DNA of 64,000 bases from Candidatus Gottesmanbacteria bacterium (GTDB taxonomy: Bacteria; Patescibacteriota; Microgenomatia; UBA10105; UBA927). The notes below the pieces were generated by a model, which saw only the letters and a program-made list of their open reading frames with translations, ran no database searches and was not told where the DNA came from. This document shows positions 56,727-64,000 of this stretch, piece by piece (position 1 is the first letter of the stretch; every line of letters begins with the position of its first letter). The DNA lies in the NCBI GenBank assembly GCA_963714095.1, contig OY970230.1:596084-660083 (forward strand), in the 5' to 3' direction. The translations under genes were made by a program, and so were the position numbers.

Positions 56727-57684
56727 ACCGGTTTTGGATATCCTTGATAATATCGGATAATTCATTAAATAAAAAGTGCTCCGGTTTCCACCCGAGAGAG
56801 AGGATCTTGCGATTATCCAGAAGGCGTTGCTTTGATCCTTCGGGCAGCGACGTATTAAAATTGACCGAGATACGGGGTAAATTCATGGCTTTTTGTACAG
56901 CATAGACGATTTCTTTGATGGTATGATCGTCTTGAGGGTCGATATTATATATTTCTCCATTCCCCCCTTTTTTCATAAGCAACACCAGCGCGCTGACGAG
57001 ATCTAATACGTGAAGAAATGACCGTTTTTGTTTCCCTGTTCCATAGACCTCTATGCTGGTTTTTGCGCGGATAAATTTTCTTATTATAGTCGGAATAAAA
57101 TGACCCATTATATCGAAGTGGTCTCTGGGGCCGTAGACGTTTATAGGGCGGACTATAACCGTGTAGAGAGGTGTGTTTTGAGAGTACCACGCCGCCATTT
57201 TCTCTCCCATTTTTTTTGCTAATGCATACCCCAATTTTGACGGTTCCGGATTTTCCCGATCATCTGTTTCTTTTGTAGGAGCACGCTGCTCCATTGCTTT
57301 CCGCGAATAGACGGAGGCAGAGCTGACCTGAATAAACTTCTTTACCTTATTCATCGATGCTGCTCGTAACGGTTGCATCTGCAGGAGCATATTTTCCTCG
57401 AACATATACTGAGTCCGGCCGATATCGAAATCAATACCCGTATTCATTGCTGCAAGGTTAAATACAATGTCCTGACCCTTTGTTGCTTTGAGGGCACCCT
57501 GCAACGTTGTTAAATCTACATTAAGAAAACGGATTGATTTCCGTATATGTTGAATGTTTGCATACGAATGTCGCTTGAGATTGTCTGCAATAGTGACATG
57601 GGCACCGGAGGCAATCAATTTTTCTGCCAGATGGGAGCCGATAAATCCTGCCCCGCCGGTAATAAGAATGTTATGAGATTTCAC
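56707..57684 (-). CDS. NAD-dependent epimerase/dehydratase (SDR family, nucleotide-sugar modifying)
   Basis: ILITGGAGFIGSHL Rossmann motif and a YxxxK catalytic motif region. Confidence 0.8.
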   Translation of the reverse strand: MKSHNILITGGAGFIGSHLAEKLIASGAHVTIADNLKRHSYANIQHIRKSIRFLNVDLTTLQGALKATKGQDIVFNLAAMNTGIDFDIGRTQYMFEENMLLQMQPLRAASMNKVKKFIQVSSASVYSRKAMEQRAPTKETDDRENPEPSKLGYALAKKMGEKMAAWYSQNTPLYTVIVRPINVYGPRDHFDIMGHFIPTIIRKFIRAKTSIEVYGTGKQKRSFLHVLDLVSALVLLMKKGGNGEIYNIDPQDDHTIKEIVYAVQKAMNLPRISVNFNTSLPEGSKQRLLDNRKILSLGWKPEHFLFNELSDIIKDIQNRYATEKK

Positions 57685-57724
57685 AGAGTTTAGCTTTATT
57701 GAATTCTTTTGGGCGAGATTAATG

Positions 57725-58540
57725 TCAGTAAATGCGAGTTATAAGTGCGCTTTTGACGGCAGTGTTTTGGAATTGGAACCAAATATTTTCCCCTATTTTG
57801 ATTGCCGCCCCGTCAATGAAATAGGATACCCCCGTGAATGAAAACGTTTTAATTTTTAACAGCATGGTAATCTCTTTTCTGTCACTGTCGGGATTGCTAA
57901 TAAGAATGAGGCGCCCGTCAGTATCATAAAGCTGAGAAACCGTGTTGTCTGCCACTGTAACTGAAAGGATTGTTGCGACGGGATTACCTGACATATCGGT
58001 CATTTGCATGCCTTCTTTGTATGAATCTGCTTCCCAGGGATATGCATTAAGCACCTTTACCTCAATTTCTTTGTCTTTGTATGGAATTGTATTGCTTCCT
58101 ATATAGGTGATAATACCGCGGACGTTATATTGGCTGAATGTAAGATCCATCTGGTTGCCTATCTGAAGAGGTTGATAGTTAAATAGATAAATATGTTGTC
58201 GCTTGTCATATGACACGAGAAGTTTGAGATCTATATAGATTAAACGGTTAGTGCCCCCCATGTCATAGTTTTCAATAGATCCGACCTCAGCGATTTTTTG
58301 TCCGAACGAATTGTAGGCAAATTGTCCTTTGGTGAGCCCCTGCGCATACCAATAAGGTGCCGATCCCTGCCACCACGATGTGTTGTTAGAAATATTGAGT
58401 TTTACCCATATCCACTCTTCCTTTTTCGTCATTCGGTTATAAAGCACAAAGCCAAAAACAATACATATGCCCGCAATAATAAGCCAGTCAAGAATAGAGA
58501 GTTTTTTAATCTTATGTATAATAGAGGCAATGAATTTCAT
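57725..58540 (-). CDS. hypothetical N-terminally membrane-anchored protein (start uncertain)
   Basis: TM helix LSILDWLIIAGICIVFGFVLY followed by a soluble beta-rich domain. Candidate starts at 58540, 58549, 58561 and 58606. Confidence 0.4.
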   Translation of the reverse strand: MKFIASIIHKIKKLSILDWLIIAGICIVFGFVLYNRMTKKEEWIWVKLNISNNTSWWQGSAPYWYAQGLTKGQFAYNSFGQKIAEVGSIENYDMGGTNRLIYIDLKLLVSYDKRQHIYLFNYQPLQIGNQMDLTFSQYNVRGIITYIGSNTIPYKDKEIEVKVLNAYPWEADSYKEGMQMTDMSGNPVATILSVTVADNTVSQLYDTDGRLILISNPDSDRKEITMLLKIKTFSFTGVSYFIDGAAIKIGENIWFQFQNTAVKSALITRIY

Positions 58541-60023
58541 AAAGGCCATACGCTCCGCCATCAACAGAAGCTCTATAGCAACATATTTATTTGTTACTCT
58601 TCGCAAAAATACACCGATATTTTTTTGGGCGGTCTGTTATTATATATCGCTTTATTTTGCCACTTCAAACCTAACATTCTTTTTAATAAGCATCACATTC
58701 TTCATCTTGTTTTATAGCGTATTGAGTGATTTTAAGCAAGCCCTCTTTCTCATATTTGTTGCGTCCCTGCCTTTTGCAAAGGGCATGACGTTTGAATGGA
58801 TTATAATTCCAAGAGCGCTCGTTCCGCAGTTTGCATTATACGATGTCGGATATTATCTTATCTTGTCCCCATCCTACGTATTTTTGATAACGGCGTTGTA
58901 TGTAGGTGTACGTTCATGGCGCAATCGGAATATTAATATTATCGGCATGCCGATTATTGTGACGTTTGCGTTGTTTCTTCTTTGTGCGCTTCCGTCTCTT
59001 CTGAACACGTCATTTTCAACAATCGTGGCCCTGTCGAGTGTTCAATTGGCCCTTATGGGAGTTGTGTACCTGCTTCCGGTATTAACAGGTTTTACCAAGA
59101 CAACAGCAAAAAATTTACAATACGTTTTTGCGGCTTTTACTACACTTGAATCTTTTTGGGTGGTTTTGCAATATATTAGTCGCGGGCCGTTGGGTCGGTA
59201 TATTGAAGCGACGTTAGCATTAAATCGTTATGGGGTTACTCCGGGAGAAAACAGCTTTTTATTGCGGTTGAGCGGAACGTTTTTTGAATCAAGTATTCTC
59301 GGGACATTTATGCTCATGCACATTTTTTATTTTTCGGAATTACTGTTCAGACGGGCCTATTCAAACAAAACAGAGCTCTATATCTATGCACTTTCGATGT
59401 TCGGCGCGCTGGTGTCTATTATTTTAACGGCGAGCCGCGGTATTTATGCCCTTTTTCTTGTTGCGGGACTGATATTTTTCTTTGTTCACCGCCGTGAATT
59501 GTCTCGAAAAGTATTCAATAAGAGAGTGATAAAAATTGTTATTCTTCTTCTTCTTTGCGGTACATTTCCCTTTTTGTCATATCTTACAGATCGGATTCAG
59601 ACGATAATAACTATTTTTGCTCCTGGAGGAAGCGGAGACTTCCGTTTGGCGCTTATCCAATACGCAGCTCGCGTTGCTCAGGTACATCCGTTTGGGGTGG
59701 GGCTTAACATTGCCCCGTATGTTTTTGCAGTCGGTTTTCCTGGAGAACGAATTTTTGATCCGTCTCAACCGCACAATATATTTTTTCAAATTCTTGCGGA
59801 GATGGGCGCACCGGGACTAATCGCATTTTTACTATTTCTTTGGGTGGTATACCGGAGATATGTACTAACCCCTGTTTCCCGTGCGGCGCCGTACTTCGTT
59901 TCATCACTTATTTTCCTTTTTGCTGCACAATTTTATCCTATATTTATAAGCCAACCAGAAATATTATCGTATTTTTTCCTTCATTTGGGCCTTATGAGTT
60001 GGTCATTGTACAAAAAACGGTGA
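58530..60023 (+). CDS. O-antigen ligase/Wzy-like polytopic membrane protein (start uncertain)
   Basis: At least 10 TM helices and a Wzy_C-like loop (ASRGIYALFLVAGLIFFFV ... HPFGVGLNIAPY ... HNIFFQILAEMG). Confidence 0.5.
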   Translation: MNFIKAIRSAINRSSIATYLFVTLRKNTPIFFWAVCYYISLYFATSNLTFFLISITFFILFYSVLSDFKQALFLIFVASLPFAKGMTFEWIIIPRALVPQFALYDVGYYLILSPSYVFLITALYVGVRSWRNRNINIIGMPIIVTFALFLLCALPSLLNTSFSTIVALSSVQLALMGVVYLLPVLTGFTKTTAKNLQYVFAAFTTLESFWVVLQYISRGPLGRYIEATLALNRYGVTPGENSFLLRLSGTFFESSILGTFMLMHIFYFSELLFRRAYSNKTELYIYALSMFGALVSIILTASRGIYALFLVAGLIFFFVHRRELSRKVFNKRVIKIVILLLLCGTFPFLSYLTDRIQTIITIFAPGGSGDFRLALIQYAARVAQVHPFGVGLNIAPYVFAVGFPGERIFDPSQPHNIFFQILAEMGAPGLIAFLLFLWVVYRRYVLTPVSRAAPYFVSSLIFLFAAQFYPIFISQPEILSYFFLHLGLMSWSLYKKR

Positions 60024-60024
60024 T

Positions 60025-61170
60025 ATGAAGCCAACAATATTTATTATTCCGTTTATTCTACCGTGGGACCGGCCAGCCGATTATCAAAGACAAACATGTT
60101 TTGAATTAGCAGGAAAACACAAAGTAATCGCTTACATGCAGAAGGACGCAGTATTTTTTTTAAAAGCGGTTTTTGGCACAGAGACATATTCATCCAAATA
60201 TTTGGCGTATAAAAATATATCTTTTTATAGACCGTTGTACCTTTTTCCGTTCCGTAGAATTAGCGTAATTGAGGCAATAAATAGAACAGTAAGCTTTGTT
60301 TTGTTTCAGATTTTTATTCTTCAATTACGTAGAAGCATTTTTTGGATATTTGATCCAGAATTTTGCACGTTCCCGAAATTGATACACGGTATTTCAATAT
60401 ATGACTGCGTTGATTATCATGCAGGTTTTCACCAAGGAGAAAAAGCCGCAACGGTAAGGAAACAGGAGGTTACATTGATTAAAAAAGTAGATTATTTTTT
60501 TGTAAATTCCCATGTTTTGTATAGATTACACAGATCAGTACGAAAACCAGATGCTATAGTGCCGCAAGGATTTCGACTCGGTAAGTTTCGGTTTTTAGTC
60601 AAAGCTCCTATTCAGATTTCACAGAAAAAGCCAGTTATTGGTTATGTGGGCGCGTTGGATTACCGATTGGATACGGCTTTACTCAAAAGTCTTATTCAAA
60701 ATAATTTACGCTGGACGTTTGTTTTGTGGGGTTCATCACAAAGCGAAGAGAAAAACGAAGAAACCAAAGTGAAACAGGACATGTATACGATTTTGCACTT
60801 ACCGAATGTGATAACAGGTGAAAGCCGTGATAGCCAAAATATCTGTTCAATAATTCAGCAATTTACTATCGGTATAATTCCGTACCGTGAGACCCTCCCA
60901 GGGGTAACGTATTCATACCCGATGAAGCTTTTTGAGTATTTTTATATGGGTAAGCCAGTCCTGTCGACGTCAATTGAAGAATTAAGGCGTTTCCCAACAT
61001 ATGTAAAAATCGGGAAGACAGCAAAATCATGGGAAAAGCATATCACATCACTCCTTTCTTGTTCCTGGCCGATATCGTATCAGGAGGAACAGCAGACATT
61101 GGCCAGGCAAAATAGTTGGAAAAGAAAGATAGACATGATAATGAGCTATATCAGCGGATCGGGTCAATGA
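60025..61170 (+). CDS. glycosyltransferase family 4-like (GT-B)
   Basis: C-terminal motif ...GIIPYRET..VTYSYPMKLFEYFYMGKPVLST typical of group 1 GTs. Confidence 0.6.
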   Translation: MKPTIFIIPFILPWDRPADYQRQTCFELAGKHKVIAYMQKDAVFFLKAVFGTETYSSKYLAYKNISFYRPLYLFPFRRISVIEAINRTVSFVLFQIFILQLRRSIFWIFDPEFCTFPKLIHGISIYDCVDYHAGFHQGEKAATVRKQEVTLIKKVDYFFVNSHVLYRLHRSVRKPDAIVPQGFRLGKFRFLVKAPIQISQKKPVIGYVGALDYRLDTALLKSLIQNNLRWTFVLWGSSQSEEKNEETKVKQDMYTILHLPNVITGESRDSQNICSIIQQFTIGIIPYRETLPGVTYSYPMKLFEYFYMGKPVLSTSIEELRRFPTYVKIGKTAKSWEKHITSLLSCSWPISYQEEQQTLARQNSWKRKIDMIMSYISGSGQ

Positions 61171-62095
61171 GAGAATAAATAAAACCAACCAACAATCCTC
61201 TGTTTCGATAGACTATCGTATTAAACGCGTCTCGCACATCGTTTCCTAATTGTTTGTTCCAACGGAATAACAGTATTTTTTTTAGCAGTCTCCGTGTTCT
61301 TATATAATTATCGCGGACGTTCGCTAAAATAATGGGTTTTGCAAAAGAATAACCTTGAAAATAAAAATAACCATAACATGCCGTTTCTCCGCATGTATAC
61401 GATAAGTTTTGTTTCTTCATTTGCCCGTTAGTTAACCATTTATTGTGATAGATAAGCACATCAGGATTGTATATCAGTGTCTTATTTTTGATAAGACAAC
61501 GGAGTGAAATTTCCGCATCTTCCGCATTGCTGCCAATAGATTCCGGTCCAAGCCATGACTTAAAACCGCCAAGTGTACTAAATACCGCTTGACGGAAAGA
61601 GGCATTATTTCCAAAACCAATATATTTCCAGTGAAGACGAGGCTTTGTAATTACCCGGAATTCTTTGGAATTGAACGTAGAAGGACAGCGTTTTTTTGGA
61701 TTAGCTCCCGGCTTATATGGAAGTGTTTTTCCAAATACTCCAGCGATAGTGCTGTTATTTAGGAATGTTGTATATATTGATTCAAGCCACCCGGGAGAGA
61801 CGATACAATCGTCGTCAGTCAAAGCTATTATATCCCCCCTTGCTTTATTTATACCAATATTAAGAGCATTAGATTTTCCTTTTGTTGGTGTTTTTATATA
61901 CCGGATTCTGTCGGAATAATATTGCTGGAATAGATTATAGGAATCTTGGTTTTTGCTTTGATCTACGACTATAATTTCAAACTGTTTAAATGGATTTTTT
62001 AGAATTGAATCTATACACTGTTTTAGCTGAAGAGGCCGGTTTTTTGTCGCTATGATAGCTGAAATCAAAATACCACTGTTTTTTGATAGTTTCAT
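61151..62095 (-). CDS. glycosyltransferase family 2
   Basis: ISAIIATKNRPLQLKQCIDSI ... ALTDDDCIV. Confidence 0.7.
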   Translation of the reverse strand: MKLSKNSGILISAIIATKNRPLQLKQCIDSILKNPFKQFEIIVVDQSKNQDSYNLFQQYYSDRIRYIKTPTKGKSNALNIGINKARGDIIALTDDDCIVSPGWLESIYTTFLNNSTIAGVFGKTLPYKPGANPKKRCPSTFNSKEFRVITKPRLHWKYIGFGNNASFRQAVFSTLGGFKSWLGPESIGSNAEDAEISLRCLIKNKTLIYNPDVLIYHNKWLTNGQMKKQNLSYTCGETACYGYFYFQGYSFAKPIILANVRDNYIRTRRLLKKILLFRWNKQLGNDVRDAFNTIVYRNRGLLVGFIYSLIDPIR

Positions 62096-62111
62096 AATTT
62101 AACACAGCAGC

Positions 62112-63092
62112 TTATCTACCCGTCAGATGCGATAGCTCGTTTTCCCCATGTTTCGCCAGAAAATATAGCAGGGGCCCGAGAGTAATATAGCTGAGAGAAA
62201 AGACTAAAAACATCGGATCTTTGAACTGGCGAAGATAATAATCATCTCCACCCCGAGCAAAATTTTTTATGGAGGACCACAGAATATGAGTGAATGTGTA
62301 TTGGGCAAAGGAAGGATACTGCTCTTTCAGAAGTGTGTTCATGAGAAAATTTTCTGCACCCGCTCGGAGGTGACGCTTAATGATGTAGGTTTTTTTAAAC
62401 CGTTCAAGGCTAAAAACATGCGTTGACGTTACAGTGGGAATATACCAGACCTGTTTCTTTTCTAGCATTAATCGATTGCAAAGCTCATAATCTTCCGCCC
62501 CAATATACGTATTTCGATATGTTTTTCCGAATTTTGTGTTAAAAAGCTGTTTCTGTTTAGGTATCATGTTTTTATTCACACTTATTAATGCACCACATAA
62601 CAGATCGTTCATGCGCATACGTGTTGGGTTTTCACCGTAGTCGATATATGCATATATCCAATTATATTTATGAAGAAGAGATTGATACGATGCATTATTA
62701 GGTGGTAACCGTTTCAAAATTGTCGGGTCGGGTATAATGCGGCCACCAAGTAAGGCGGCGTGCGGATGTTGATTCCATGCCCTGTTTAACAAAGACAGAA
62801 AATTTGGTTGTATACGAGTGTCGTCATCAAGAAAGACAACATGGTCAAAACGGGCGAGTTTATAGCCACGGTTTCGGGCAAATGAGAGTCCGGGAATTGA
62901 TTCATCAAGGCGCAGATGCTGAAGTTCAGGATCAATCCGTTTTATTAGAGATACAGTATTATCTGTTGTTCCATTGTGGATGACAATAATCTCAAAATCA
63001 TTTTTTGGATAGAGCTGAGCAAGCAATTGTTTAACAAGGAGAGTGACTTGATCTGCCCTATTTCTTGTGGGGATAACGACGGAAAATCGCAT
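62112..63092 (-). CDS. glycosyltransferase family 2
   Basis: FSVVIPTRNRADQVTLLVKQL ... VVFLDDDT. Confidence 0.75.
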   Translation of the reverse strand: MRFSVVIPTRNRADQVTLLVKQLLAQLYPKNDFEIIVIHNGTTDNTVSLIKRIDPELQHLRLDESIPGLSFARNRGYKLARFDHVVFLDDDTRIQPNFLSLLNRAWNQHPHAALLGGRIIPDPTILKRLPPNNASYQSLLHKYNWIYAYIDYGENPTRMRMNDLLCGALISVNKNMIPKQKQLFNTKFGKTYRNTYIGAEDYELCNRLMLEKKQVWYIPTVTSTHVFSLERFKKTYIIKRHLRAGAENFLMNTLLKEQYPSFAQYTFTHILWSSIKNFARGGDDYYLRQFKDPMFLVFSLSYITLGPLLYFLAKHGENELSHLTGR

Positions 63093-63112
63093 AGATTGTT
63101 TGGAAATATAAT

Positions 63113-63985
63113 TTAGTTTGGTTTTCGTAGTTGCTTAAATTGTTTTTTCCAGATTCCGCGAAGTTTCGACAGATCTGTTTTGGCGAGGGTATGGACGTCC
63201 AGCAGCAGCCTTTTTGTTTTTGGAATCTGAATGCTGTTGATAAATAAGTTTAAGTGGGTACCACCAAATATATGATCAAAAGCACCGTGTTCTTCTTTCG
63301 TAAAACTGTGACAATCGTTTTTTATGGCTGAATAGAGAACGCCACCCGTGTCAAACCGGTGCCAATGTTTTCCCTCTTTGAATGTGAAAGGCCGAAAGGG
63401 ATCGAATTCATCACGATAGGTGGTTTTGAGGTATGCAACTTTTTTTCTGAATTTGCCTATATCCTGAATCCAGTAAAAAGAGGAATGAATTCTTGGATGC
63501 ACGATACACTGCGTCCATTCATCAATATGTGTTGGCATGAAGCTGCCAGCCAGTAGTGCATCAAAATGCCAGCTTTCGCAGTTTTTCCATAGTATTACGT
63601 CAGGATCAAGATTGACGACGGTACCTGTGATCGGTTGATTTATGAGAATGTCTTCCAGATACGTCTGATGAGGAATTTCGAACTCGAGCTGGAAGTATTG
63701 GCAATGTGTATTTGTTGCAAGGCGTTTAATCTCTTTTCTGGCAGAGGGGACGCTTGCGTTATCTATTATCGTGACTATGGCGTGTGGAAACCCAACGCGT
63801 ATAGATTGGAAAATAAGTGTCGTTCCGTATAATTGTTTTTTGTTTTTACAATACGTCAGGATAAATACTTTTATTTTGGTGGGGTCTTGAAAATTTTTGG
63901 TGAGTTTTGGCGGCAACGGTATAATTCGTTGATCTCCGGAGAGTTTACGATATAATCTCCCATATATGCGGGAAAGCACACTCAT
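63113..63985 (-). CDS. hypothetical protein (possibly nucleotide-sugar transferase-like)
   Basis: 290-aa ORF closing the GT cluster. It has an IIDNAS segment but no firm family assignment. Confidence 0.4.
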   Translation of the reverse strand: MSVLSRIYGRLYRKLSGDQRIIPLPPKLTKNFQDPTKIKVFILTYCKNKKQLYGTTLIFQSIRVGFPHAIVTIIDNASVPSARKEIKRLATNTHCQYFQLEFEIPHQTYLEDILINQPITGTVVNLDPDVILWKNCESWHFDALLAGSFMPTHIDEWTQCIVHPRIHSSFYWIQDIGKFRKKVAYLKTTYRDEFDPFRPFTFKEGKHWHRFDTGGVLYSAIKNDCHSFTKEEHGAFDHIFGGTHLNLFINSIQIPKTKRLLLDVHTLAKTDLSKLRGIWKKQFKQLRKPN

Positions 63986-64000
63986 AATATTTTGTAATAG

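Noticed and set aside
58530-58606. Apparent antisense overlap of the starts of 57725-58606(-) and 58467-60023(+)
   Set aside because: Probably reflects uncertain start-codon choice in an AT-rich region rather than a true divergent overlap. Both genes are reported with trimmed starts and low boundary confidence.

Overview
This window reads as a compact, gene-dense bacterial chromosome segment (roughly mid-40s % GC) from a reduced-genome organism; the best guess is the Candidate Phyla Radiation / Patescibacteria. The content and arrangement are as follows.

- **RNA genes and salvage functions.** Two adjacent tRNA-Ser genes sit at the left edge, followed by thiamine pyrophosphokinase, ComF, a tmRNA gene and smpB.
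- **Mevalonate pathway operon (9075-16571, minus strand).** It encodes HMG-CoA reductase, archaeal-type HMG-CoA synthase, thiolase, a DUF35-like OB-fold protein, two GHMP kinases (the second fused to a Nudix IDI), diphosphomevalonate decarboxylase and UPP synthase.
- **Dispersed type IV secretion-like system.** Nine pilin-family genes carry a shared G-G-x-x-W-I-T-S-G-G-D...K motif. Two are Cys-rich fusion genes whose 3' ends are a perfectly identical 351-bp direct repeat. Six lie in a tandem array that is divergent from an ECF sigma / putative anti-sigma pair. The remaining components are VirB6/TrbL-like, VirB3/PrgI-like, VirB4 and coupling-type P-loop ATPases, a Cys/His peptidase-domain membrane protein, and a 1287-aa tail-anchored coiled-coil giant.
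- **Replication origin.** dnaA and dnaN are flanked by clustered DnaA boxes (candidate oriC).
- **Surface-glycan locus (about 25 kb, 39148-63985).** It holds six GT2, three GT4, a split Alg14/Alg13 pair, four paralogous GT-C-type membrane proteins (two with a YYPPYYYY motif), two Wzy/O-antigen-ligase-like proteins, an RGP/GT75-like protein, an SDR epimerase, a radical SAM/SPASM enzyme and a PQQ-propeller protein.
- **NAD salvage.** nadD and nadE are adjacent.

No CRISPR array, transposase or integrase is evident.
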